Below are positions 46,376 to 55,459 of a stretch of DNA of 64,000 nucleotides, in pieces. The DNA lies in contig CAISZI010000010.1 in NCBI GenBank assembly GCA_903889905.1, positions 1,464-65,463 on the forward strand. Direction: 5' to 3'. Each line of letters starts with the position of its first letter. The stretch's first letter is position 1. Source of the stretch: Candidatus Wirthbacteria bacterium. GTDB lineage: Bacteria; Patescibacteriota; CG2-30-54-11. Below the pieces are notes generated by a model. It saw only the letters and a program-made list of their open reading frames with translations. It was not told the origin of the DNA and searched no databases. The position numbers were made by a program, and so were the translations under genes.

Positions 46376-46453
46376 TGGGTTCATTGCCCCTTTACAAAAT
46401 CGATATCTGCCAGTATCCTTTTAACGTTATCTATTTATCAATAGTGAGTGATT

Positions 46454-46807
46454 ATGGCAGTTGCAATTCGCCTCGCCCGGCGCGGAAAAAGGACACAACC
46501 GCATTATAACATCATCGTGCAGGACAAAGAAAAGTCCCCCAAAGGTGGTTATATCGAAAAACTGGGATATTTTGAACCCTATACCAATCCTTCGACGCTT
46601 GTCCTGGATGGCGCCAAAACGCAGGAATGGATCAAGAACGGCGCACAGCCTAGCGAACGGGTTGCCAAATTGATCGTGCTTGCCGGTGGCAAAAAAATCG
46701 AACCCAAAGTCCGCAAAGCCAAGAAAAACTTTGGCGGCAAGTTCGTCAAAGCTGCTCCTGTTGAAGCTCCCAAAGCCGAAGTCAAAGCCGAAGCACCCAA
46801 GAGCTAA
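46454..46807 (+). CDS. rpsP: 30S ribosomal protein S16
   Basis: MAVAIRLARRGKRTQPHY.I.V.D...IEKLGYF.P..WIKNGAQPSERV. Confidence 0.97.
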   Translation: MAVAIRLARRGKRTQPHYNIIVQDKEKSPKGGYIEKLGYFEPYTNPSTLVLDGAKTQEWIKNGAQPSERVAKLIVLAGGKKIEPKVRKAKKNFGGKFVKAAPVEAPKAEVKAEAPKS

Positions 46808-46836
46808 GCCTAATCCCCGCTAATCGTGAGGAACGC

Positions 46837-47097
46837 ATGGAAAAAGCGATAGCTCTGCTGCAATATTTGGTGCAAGCCCTCGTCGATCATCCTGAAGTGG
46901 TGAGCGTGACTTCGGGTGTGCAGGAAAATGGCCTGGTGCTCAAAGTAACCGTTGACCCCCGGGATGCCGGCATGGTGATTGGCAAAAAAGGCTACGTCAT
47001 CCGTGCCATCCGTCAGCTGGTCAATGTCATCGGCAGCCGTGAACGAGAACGCGTCATGGTGGATATTATCCCGATCGAAGCAGCTCAGACCGCCTGA
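46837..47097 (+). CDS. khpA: KH-domain RNA-binding protein KhpA
   Basis: LVDHPE..DAGMVIGKKG..IRAIR; canonical position after rpsP. Confidence 0.9.
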   Translation: MEKAIALLQYLVQALVDHPEVVSVTSGVQENGLVLKVTVDPRDAGMVIGKKGYVIRAIRQLVNVIGSRERERVMVDIIPIEAAQTA

Positions 47098-47104
47098 TTT
47101 TTTC

Positions 47105-47126
47105 AAATCCCCGCAAGGGGATTTTT
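47105..47126 (+). terminator. Intrinsic terminator after khpA
   Basis: AAATCCCC-GCAA-GGGGATTTTT. Confidence 0.8.
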
Positions 47127-47158
47127 CATATCCTGTTTTTTACGCGGTCGTTGCAGTT

Positions 47159-47869
47159 ATGCAAATTGAAATTGTTACGCTTTTTCCCAAGATGTTTGAC
47201 GGCATTCTGGCCGAAAGCATGGTTAAACGTGGGGTAGAAGCTGGGGTGATTGGTGTCGGTTTTGTTGATCTGCGGCAGTTTGGGTCGGGCAAACACCAGG
47301 TCGTTGATGATCGTCCGTATGGCGGCGGCCCGGGCATGCTGCTCAAAGCCAAGCCACTGGTGGAAGCGATCGAAGCCGCGCAGGATAAATTATTGCTTAA
47401 AACCGGACTTGCGCTGCAGCAACAGGAAATTATCTACCTGTGTCCGCAGGGGCGACCTTATGTCCAGAGGGATGCCAAAGAGTTGTCCCAGAGCAAAGGC
47501 TTTGTCCTGGTTTGCGGGCACTATGAAGGGATTGACGAACGGGTCAGGGAACTCAAGATCACGCGGGAGATTTCCATGGGGGACTTTGTCCTTTCCGGCG
47601 GGGAGATCGCAGCGATGGCCGTCGTCGATAGCGTGGCGCGCCTGATTCCCGGGGTGCTGGGTGACCTGGAATCCACCCGCGAAGAAACTTTTGAAGACAA
47701 TCTGCTGGAATATCCGCAATACACTAGACCGCTGGAATACCGTGGGCTCAAAGTGCCAGACGTGTTGCTCTCTGGCCATCACGGGCAGGTCGAGGCATGG
47801 CGTACACAAGCGCGGTACGAGCGGACGGAGCAACGACGACCGGATCTGCTCCAAAAACGCCCCCAATAA
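47159..47869 (+). CDS. trmD: tRNA (guanine37-N1)-methyltransferase
   Basis: TLFP.MF, VDDRPYGGGPGM, CGHYEGIDER, GDFVLSGGE, LEYPQYTRP. True start ATG 47159. Confidence 0.97.
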   Translation: MQIEIVTLFPKMFDGILAESMVKRGVEAGVIGVGFVDLRQFGSGKHQVVDDRPYGGGPGMLLKAKPLVEAIEAAQDKLLLKTGLALQQQEIIYLCPQGRPYVQRDAKELSQSKGFVLVCGHYEGIDERVRELKITREISMGDFVLSGGEIAAMAVVDSVARLIPGVLGDLESTREETFEDNLLEYPQYTRPLEYRGLKVPDVLLSGHHGQVEAWRTQARYERTEQRRPDLLQKRPQ

Positions 47870-47914
47870 ACCGTCCCGCACAAACGACAATCCTTGGGAT
47901 TGCTGGATGATATC

Positions 47915-47923
47915 TGCTATAAT
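47915..47923 (+). promoter_or_regulatory. Extended -10 promoter TGCTATAAT of the pilus/adhesin operon
   Basis: Exact match about 45 bp upstream of ATG 47969. Confidence 0.6.
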
Positions 47924-47968
47924 TGATGCCAGCAGGCGCGTACTTAATTGTGGCGACTAAAGGCAGTC

Positions 47969-49942
47969 ATGCTTAGACAAAACAAAGATCAACATCCCGG
48001 GCAAATTATTCTCCTCTTGTTGCTGATTGTGGCACTGGGGTTGGTAATTGCTTTGTCGCTGATCCAAATCAGCTTGACGCAACAACAAACTGTGCGTTAT
48101 GACGACTTTGGTGTGCGTGCCTATTATGCGGCTGAAGCCGGCATTGAGGACGTCGTGCCCAAACTCAAGGACGCCGCCGATCTCAATGGCCAGGCCCTGG
48201 ACAATTTTCTCGCCAGTACCACCAATGGCATCTCCATCGCCACGGCGCAGCCGATTGATAGCAATATCAGCGGGGCGCCAACCTTTGTGCGCACCGTGAA
48301 GCGCAGCGATCCGGCGCTGGTGGTGACGCGTACCCTGGCCAACAATGCCGTCACGCAGATGGATTTGTCGGATGGCAACGGACTGGCGCTGGAAGACAAA
48401 AAACTACAGGTCGGCTGGCAGGATACCACTTGCAATCCCACCTCGGGTGGCTGTGACTGTGGTGCCGGCCAGTGTACGGCGCTGGTTGAGGTGACCGTAC
48501 TTTCCCAGCTGGCCAATACGACCAATCTGGTTGTCAATCCCAGCTTTGAAGCGCCCACCACGGGTGCCGCCGAAACAGCAGGTACCGCCACTGGCTGGAG
48601 CGTGATTGATGCCAGTTTGTCGGGTTCGCCCATTGCTTATATCGAGCACGAAACAACGCAAAATCTTACCCGTTACGGCACCGGTTCAGGGGCCACCTAT
48701 GCGGGACAGTCCCAAAAAATTACTTTGCTCAGTTACCCGGGCGTCGGTCAACCAGCCTGCAGCTGGGTCAAAAGTGATGGGACAGCGGTGCCGTCAGCCA
48801 ACCAGAGCAGTAGTCTCGTGGCGTACTACGGAACAGCGCCGGCTGCTGGCGTCTGCAACAGTACCGTACTGGGTTATGGCAAAAGTGCATTCGCTTGTTC
48901 CACTGCCGGCAGCGGCAGTTGTTACGATGTCGAAAACAGTTTTAGTAAAATACCTGTCGCGTCTCAGAACCAGACTCCCGGTAGTGCCGGGTCTTGCCTC
49001 AGCATGACGCCAGTGGCGGCGACACTTTTCAGTACAGCAACACCACTAGCCTGGAAATGCAATGCGCAACTCGGCAGCACCACCTCTCGGGTGGGCATCA
49101 GCCGGGCGGGAAACCTGATCAGTTTGGGTACTTTACCCGCGGCAGCCAATACGACCTTTACTCTGTCTGCCTATGTGCAGGTGCAGTCGCTCAACGCCGG
49201 ACAGGTACAGCTCGCGGTGGACGCTTATGATGCCGGCAATGTCTTAATTGCGAGTAGTCACCAGACGGTGGAAAGTTCCCATTTTGCCAGCAATGCCACC
49301 AGTGGCAGTAACTGGGAACGGATCTACCTGACCTTTCACTACAATGTGGCCATGACCAAAATCAACCCTTATATTTTTATGACACCTGGAGCAACCGGGA
49401 CTTTTTATGTAGATGGCGTGCAACTGGAGCAAGGCGTGACCGCGACCGAATATTGTGACAGCTCCCAGACATACAGCTCGGGCGGGATAACCTATGGCCA
49501 GTGCTATGCGAATGGGGACGGGACCAGTTACCGCAGCAACGTTTATTACATGGACAAATATTTTTATAATCCGCGGCCGGCGCTTTCGATCAATGCGACA
49601 CCATCGTCCTACAATGCGATCGATTACAACACGACGACCAAAACGATTGCCGAATTTATTCCCATTGTGCATGCCTCCAGCAACCGGCTGGTACGTATCC
49701 AGACCTACATGGGGACGGTTAGCCTGACCGTGTCAGCCATTGATCCCGCTAATGCCAATGCCTCCTACAATCTGCCAGGGCAGGATATTCAGATTATTTC
49801 CACAGGCAGTTATCAGGATACGAAGCAGACAGTTTCGCTGACACGCGGGCTACCGACATTACTTCCCCAATTTCAATTTGTTCTAAACAATCACGGCTGC
49901 GCCGAGGGCGGCGGATGCGTGGCCAAGGATTTGATTAAATAA
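47969..49942 (+). CDS. PilX-like minor pilin with carbohydrate-binding-like domain
   Basis: PG/QIILLLLLIV..RAYYAAEAGIE; NLVVNPSFE ... FYVDGVQLEQG..ATEYCD; C-terminal IISTGSY. Confidence 0.75.
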   Translation: MLRQNKDQHPGQIILLLLLIVALGLVIALSLIQISLTQQQTVRYDDFGVRAYYAAEAGIEDVVPKLKDAADLNGQALDNFLASTTNGISIATAQPIDSNISGAPTFVRTVKRSDPALVVTRTLANNAVTQMDLSDGNGLALEDKKLQVGWQDTTCNPTSGGCDCGAGQCTALVEVTVLSQLANTTNLVVNPSFEAPTTGAAETAGTATGWSVIDASLSGSPIAYIEHETTQNLTRYGTGSGATYAGQSQKITLLSYPGVGQPACSWVKSDGTAVPSANQSSSLVAYYGTAPAAGVCNSTVLGYGKSAFACSTAGSGSCYDVENSFSKIPVASQNQTPGSAGSCLSMTPVAATLFSTATPLAWKCNAQLGSTTSRVGISRAGNLISLGTLPAAANTTFTLSAYVQVQSLNAGQVQLAVDAYDAGNVLIASSHQTVESSHFASNATSGSNWERIYLTFHYNVAMTKINPYIFMTPGATGTFYVDGVQLEQGVTATEYCDSSQTYSSGGITYGQCYANGDGTSYRSNVYYMDKYFYNPRPALSINATPSSYNAIDYNTTTKTIAEFIPIVHASSNRLVRIQTYMGTVSLTVSAIDPANANASYNLPGQDIQIISTGSYQDTKQTVSLTRGLPTLLPQFQFVLNNHGCAEGGGCVAKDLIK

Positions 49943-49966
49943 AATTTCTTGTTAAAGGGTTACGCC

Positions 49967-52900
49967 ATGAGAAACATCTCTGCTTTTAGCCTAAAAAAAA
50001 TCTTCGTCCCTGTCGTGTTGCTCGCCGGCGTGCTGGCAGCAAGCGGATGGTTCGTCGCCAGCCAGGCCAGCGCGGCCACGAGCTTGACTGGACGCACCAT
50101 CAATTATCAGGGCCGGCTAAGGGACAAAAGCACGGGAGAATTGCTGACTGGGTCGAAGTGGATGTATTTTGAAATCAAAAATGTCGCAACGGGTACGGTT
50201 ACCGATCGTGATCCCAGTCCTTCTGGAGCGAAAGCGATCACGCTCGCCAATGGGGTTTTTGCCGAGCAGATTCCGATCAATATTACCGATCCGACCAATA
50301 CCGCGACAGACACTTACTTTGGGTTGGATACGGGTTCTACCTGGACGATTACGGTGTATGTCTGTACGGATGCAACGGCTGCCAGTTGCGATGCTTTTCC
50401 GCCACAGTCAGTGAGTGGAACGGCGTATGCACTCAATTCCGACATGCTCGATGGTCATCACTGGAGTGATGTTGTGGCGGCGTCGGGAAGTTATATCATG
50501 AACCAGACTGTCATCCAGACAGGAGCTAATTTTTATGTGGGTAATTCCGGCCGTATCGGCACGACGTTGACCGTAGATCAGAGTGCCAGTATCGGGACCA
50601 ATTTGACCGTCACCGGGAGTGTCGGGATTGGGACGGGTAGTCCTGCCGCTAAGTTGCAGATCACTGGTGGTAACGCCATCATCGAAAACACCAATGGGAC
50701 CAACAATCTGTTGACCCTCAGGAATATGGCCAATGCGGACCAGCTGCTGGCCGTGGGGATGAGTGGGGTGGGTGGCAGCATTCAAGGGCAATACGGGTTG
50801 GATTTGAGAAGTATTGCCAATAACGCGGGCTATTTTGTTGCACTGGGCACGGCCAATACGGAACGTATGCGCATTGATAATAGTGGCAATATTGGCATGG
50901 GAATGACAAGTCCGGGAACCAGGCTGGATGTCAAAGGGGGTGCGATTAGAGTCAACCAGCAAGCTGCCAACAGTGTCCGCGGTTCAGGTTTGGATGTCGG
51001 TTGGACAGGGACGGGTAATGCGGACATTTATTTTGGCGACTACACCAATGGTTGGGCTTTGGGGGAAAACGTGGATGCTTCCATGCGTATTTCTAAGACA
51101 TCCGGAACGATCCTTACCGACCTGGTGACGATTCAGAATGGCGGCAATGTCGGCATCGGGATCACGAATCCTGGCGCCAAACTGGATGTGAATGGGTCTT
51201 TGTATGTCGAAGGTCCCAATTCAACCATTGATTTCCGTTCTGGCGGCAATGCTCTGACCACGATCCGCGAAGCCAATGGCCTGACCCTTAATGGCAACAC
51301 CACACACCCGGTGCAAATTCCCAATGCCGGACTGATGGTGGGATATACTTTGGGGTCAACGTTTAACAGTGGCAACCTGGCGGTGCTCAACTGGGTTGGG
51401 ATTGGGACCACGGCACCGCGCACACAGCTGCATGTCGATACCACACCTTTTGCCAACACGACAGCGTCGGCGCAGTTTACGACGGGAGGTACGAGCGATG
51501 CCGCAACCGATGGTTTGTTGATCGGTTACGACGATAGTATCCCGGGTGCCAAAATCATGAACCAGGAAGCGGCGAACCTGGTGCTTGGGACAAACAATAC
51601 GGAACGGATGCGCATTAACACTGCTGGTAATGTTGGGATTGGGACAACCAGTCCCAAAAGCACATTGGATGTCAACGGATCGCTGGCTGTTGGTACTTAT
51701 GCTGGGACATCGGCTGCACCCACCAATGGGTTGATCGTTTCGGGTAATGTCGGTATCGGCACGACTAATCCGCTGGGTAAATTCCAGGCGATTTTGCCGG
51801 CGTGGACGAGCTGGGACACCGATGCCCAGCAGGCCATTTTTGGGTCCGGGACTTCGGGTTATGGCGTCCGGATTGGATACAATGACGCCAATAACCTGGG
51901 AGTTATCAATGTCCTCAAGCCGGGGGTAGCGTGGGGGAATCTGAGTCTGCAGGCGGGTTTTGGCAATGTCGGTATCGGGACAACGAGTCCAACCCAGAAA
52001 CTGGAAGTGAACGGCACAACCAAAACGACGACTTTGCAAATCGCCAGCCTCACGGTGCCTTGCAGCAATGGGCTGATCACCACGGATACCAATGGTACGG
52101 TGGCCTGCAGCGCCACGAGTTACGTCAAAGGTTCCGGTACCCAAAACTACGTGCCCAAATTCAACACACCAGCGGGAGATACCATTGGCAACTCGCTGAT
52201 TTTTGACAATGGCACGAATGTCGGGATCGGGACCACTGCGCCGGGTCAGAAGTTGGACGTGATCGGGAAGATCAGAGCACTCAATGCTTCAGGGTCAGGA
52301 GTGAAACTTGTTCCTGATGGTGCAGCGGGCAATAATTATAGTTCTGCCGGCATTTATACCGTTGATTTTGCCAATGCCGCCACTTATGGACTCCTCAATC
52401 CGGGGCCCGAAGCCAACATGATGTTCCGTACTGATAACTGGAATTCCACTTTTGTCTTTGGTAATACAAAGTCACCAGGTACGACGTCGGATTTTCAAGA
52501 AAAAATGCGGTTGGATGTGAATGGCAACCTTGGCCTTGGGACCACGAATCCGCAGTCGTCACTTCACGTCTATGCGGCCAACCCTAGCGGCAACAGCCGG
52601 ATCATGGAAACACTGGAAAGTGGGGATTCGGGGGGCAGTGCGCTTATCGGACTCACGCTCAAAACAGCAACCGCGAATTCCTCTGGTGGGATCAATGTCT
52701 ACGATGCGGGCTATACTGCGACCGTCGGTTTTGCCGGCACGACAGCGCTTTACTCCAACGACACGGGCGGGGTGATGTTGGCTGCCGCCAATGCAGCAGG
52801 GGATATCTCCTTCCTGACCGGCGGACTCACGGTGCCTGCCAATCAGCGCATGGTGATCAATCCGACGGGCAAAGTCGGGATCGGTATCACCAATCCGACG

Positions 52901-55444
52901 AATGCCTATACTTTGACCGTCCAGAATGGGACCTATTTTACAGGATACACTGCTGGCATTAACCAGCTAAATTATGTTTCACCCTGGGTAACTTTTGCCG
53001 GGAATACAGCCACAACGCTGGATGGTCTATTCCATCCTCCGGGTTTGACGACCGATGGTGCCGGGAATATGAAGTCGGTCAATAATTATGGGCTCAGCAT
53101 TGGTTGGAACGCTGGTTCGGGCAGTGGCACGAGCAATATCGTTTTTTCCAATACCGAGTCTCAACCTGCCTGTGATGGCTCAAGAACGCCACCTGTTTGT
53201 TACTACCCCAGTATCACGACTCCTCCACCCAATGGTACTTATCCGTTCACTTATACCGACCCCACAGGTGATTCATTAAATAACCCCGCCGATGTCTATC
53301 CTTACCGTTATCGCTACAACCCGGTCAATTCTGACAGCTGGTATTATACCGGGCAGGATGCTGTTACTGGTAAACCATCCGTTAGTTTTCCCGCAACAGT
53401 AGGATTCTCTGGCTGGACCAAGGGACTGGATATCGCCTCCTATGATGGCAGCCCGCTCAGTACCAGTCAGAGCAATAATGGTTATCATTCCCGTATGTAT
53501 TTTGATGCCTATCGTCCCTATATCGGGTTGAATATGGGCTCTGGACCGAGCTTGTGGACTATGCCTAATGCCAACCTTGATATTCGCGGGACGTCGCTGC
53601 GGTTTGGCCTGAATGGTGATCCCTTCATGAATATCCCCACGAAGGCAACCGACGCTTCCGATACCCTGGGATTGATTGCCGTGGCGAATACGATTAATAA
53701 TACCGATTATCGTTACTATGTTGAAGACGACGCCACGGATTCGATTTCGTTCTGGGGCAATAGTTGCGGCGGTGGGGCTTGCTTTGATTTGAGTAAATCA
53801 TCGAATATCATGACGATTATGGGCGGAGGCAACGTGGGGATTGGGACGACCGATCCGTGGGCTAAACTGGAAACCACCGTATCGGGAATCTGGTCAAATG
53901 CTGAATGGGCGAAAAATGGCTTGCAAACATCAACTGGTCACACCAACAGTGATTATTCCCTGTATATGGGTGCAGATGCCACCAATCATCTTTCCTATAT
54001 CCAATCAGTTAACGCGCTTGTTGGCATGGCAAATTTGGTGTTGAATGCTAGAGGTGGGAACGTGGGGATTGGGACGACGAATCCGCAAGCGAATTTGCAT
54101 GTTTTTAACACCACAACCTCTTCACCTCGCAATCTCGTCTTGGAACAAAATAATGCCGGCGCGGACGCGGTGCAAATTGTGACGCAAAAAAGTCATGGCA
54201 CAGGGACAACCCTGGCAGCGGTGCAGGCCAACGACAAATTGGTTAATGTGGCATTTCAGGGGTATGACGGAACGGGCTATCATTCGGGTGCCAATATCAT
54301 TGCCTATGCCGAAACGGCTTTTGCGGCCAATTCTTGGAACAGTAATTTGACATTCAGCACCACCAGTGCAGCCAGCTCCATTGAAAGAATGAGAATTACT
54401 TCAGTGGGCAATGTCGGCATTGGGACGACCAATCCGTTAGTGCCTTTGGACGTCAACGGAGTCATCCGCCAAAAAGGCTGCGTCAACTCCGACTGTTATG
54501 CTGATGGCAATGGGCAGTTTACCAATTTTTCGGATGAGAGATTAAAAGACATTCATGGCATGTACCAGGGCGGATTGAGTGAACTTACGCAAATCAATCC
54601 AATTATCTTTAACCTCAAGGGCGAAGGGTACACCCACGTCGGGTTTTCCGCACAGAATGTTCAAAAGGTACTTCCCGAAGCAACTCCGCTTCAAGCTGAT
54701 GGATATCTTGGATTAGATAGCAGGGCTGTTCTGGCGCTGACGGTGAATTCTGTCAAAGAACTGCAAGCCGAAATCTCGACTTTGCAAACAAAAGGAACGA
54801 CCATCAATATTGGCGATTACCAGCTGCTCGGAAATGTCAATAATAATTATGAGACCGTCAATACCCAGGGCAAAGTCATCACCAATGTCGACGTCTTCTC
54901 CAAAGCCATGGTTGCCGACCTGCAGGCCGGAACGATCACGGCTAAGTCCATCCAGACCGACAATCTCACTATTGGCAACAAGTCGCTTAAGGATTACATC
55001 ACCACTATTGTTGATCAGGAAATTGCTACCAAACTGGCGGGTTCAAGTGGTAATGGTGCAACGCAGCAAATCACCACCACCGGCAGTTTTGCGCCTGGTG
55101 ACGTGGTGGCCATTGATGCCGCCAATCCCGGCCAATTGCGTCTGAGTCAAACCGCCTATGAGTCTGCGGTGGCGGGCGTTGTGGCTGACCATGCGGCCGG
55201 AGCCAGTCAGGTACAGATCGATAAGGCAACCGTGGTACTGGCGGGGCGGACGCTGGTCAAGGTGACGACAGAAAACGGCCCGATTCATGCGGGAGATCTG
55301 CTGGTAACTGCCAGCAAACCCGGTTATGCCATGAAGGGTGACAAGATGAAAATTATCTTGAATCCCGGCGTTGTCCTCGGTAAAGCCATGGCTAATCTGG
55401 CTAGTGGCGAGGGCAGTCTGTTGGTGCTGGTCAATTTACAATAA
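49967..55444 (+). CDS. Large secreted tail-fibre-like adhesin with GNVGIGT repeats and peptidase S74-like chaperone
   Basis: Signal peptide; INYQGRL N-domain; about 13 GxVGIGTxxP motifs; SDERLK..GFSAQNVQKVLPEA..VNSVKEL; C-terminal GRTLVKV..NGPI.AGDLLVT. Confidence 0.85.
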   Translation: MRNISAFSLKKIFVPVVLLAGVLAASGWFVASQASAATSLTGRTINYQGRLRDKSTGELLTGSKWMYFEIKNVATGTVTDRDPSPSGAKAITLANGVFAEQIPINITDPTNTATDTYFGLDTGSTWTITVYVCTDATAASCDAFPPQSVSGTAYALNSDMLDGHHWSDVVAASGSYIMNQTVIQTGANFYVGNSGRIGTTLTVDQSASIGTNLTVTGSVGIGTGSPAAKLQITGGNAIIENTNGTNNLLTLRNMANADQLLAVGMSGVGGSIQGQYGLDLRSIANNAGYFVALGTANTERMRIDNSGNIGMGMTSPGTRLDVKGGAIRVNQQAANSVRGSGLDVGWTGTGNADIYFGDYTNGWALGENVDASMRISKTSGTILTDLVTIQNGGNVGIGITNPGAKLDVNGSLYVEGPNSTIDFRSGGNALTTIREANGLTLNGNTTHPVQIPNAGLMVGYTLGSTFNSGNLAVLNWVGIGTTAPRTQLHVDTTPFANTTASAQFTTGGTSDAATDGLLIGYDDSIPGAKIMNQEAANLVLGTNNTERMRINTAGNVGIGTTSPKSTLDVNGSLAVGTYAGTSAAPTNGLIVSGNVGIGTTNPLGKFQAILPAWTSWDTDAQQAIFGSGTSGYGVRIGYNDANNLGVINVLKPGVAWGNLSLQAGFGNVGIGTTSPTQKLEVNGTTKTTTLQIASLTVPCSNGLITTDTNGTVACSATSYVKGSGTQNYVPKFNTPAGDTIGNSLIFDNGTNVGIGTTAPGQKLDVIGKIRALNASGSGVKLVPDGAAGNNYSSAGIYTVDFANAATYGLLNPGPEANMMFRTDNWNSTFVFGNTKSPGTTSDFQEKMRLDVNGNLGLGTTNPQSSLHVYAANPSGNSRIMETLESGDSGGSALIGLTLKTATANSSGGINVYDAGYTATVGFAGTTALYSNDTGGVMLAAANAAGDISFLTGGLTVPANQRMVINPTGKVGIGITNPTNAYTLTVQNGTYFTGYTAGINQLNYVSPWVTFAGNTATTLDGLFHPPGLTTDGAGNMKSVNNYGLSIGWNAGSGSGTSNIVFSNTESQPACDGSRTPPVCYYPSITTPPPNGTYPFTYTDPTGDSLNNPADVYPYRYRYNPVNSDSWYYTGQDAVTGKPSVSFPATVGFSGWTKGLDIASYDGSPLSTSQSNNGYHSRMYFDAYRPYIGLNMGSGPSLWTMPNANLDIRGTSLRFGLNGDPFMNIPTKATDASDTLGLIAVANTINNTDYRYYVEDDATDSISFWGNSCGGGACFDLSKSSNIMTIMGGGNVGIGTTDPWAKLETTVSGIWSNAEWAKNGLQTSTGHTNSDYSLYMGADATNHLSYIQSVNALVGMANLVLNARGGNVGIGTTNPQANLHVFNTTTSSPRNLVLEQNNAGADAVQIVTQKSHGTGTTLAAVQANDKLVNVAFQGYDGTGYHSGANIIAYAETAFAANSWNSNLTFSTTSAASSIERMRITSVGNVGIGTTNPLVPLDVNGVIRQKGCVNSDCYADGNGQFTNFSDERLKDIHGMYQGGLSELTQINPIIFNLKGEGYTHVGFSAQNVQKVLPEATPLQADGYLGLDSRAVLALTVNSVKELQAEISTLQTKGTTINIGDYQLLGNVNNNYETVNTQGKVITNVDVFSKAMVADLQAGTITAKSIQTDNLTIGNKSLKDYITTIVDQEIATKLAGSSGNGATQQITTTGSFAPGDVVAIDAANPGQLRLSQTAYESAVAGVVADHAAGASQVQIDKATVVLAGRTLVKVTTENGPIHAGDLLVTASKPGYAMKGDKMKIILNPGVVLGKAMANLASGEGSLLVLVNLQ

Positions 55445-55459
55445 AGTCAGGCGATATTC

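Noticed and set aside
46979-47158. N-terminal extension of TrmD in the ORF track
   Set aside because: It overlaps khpA and a terminator; homology starts at ATG 47159.
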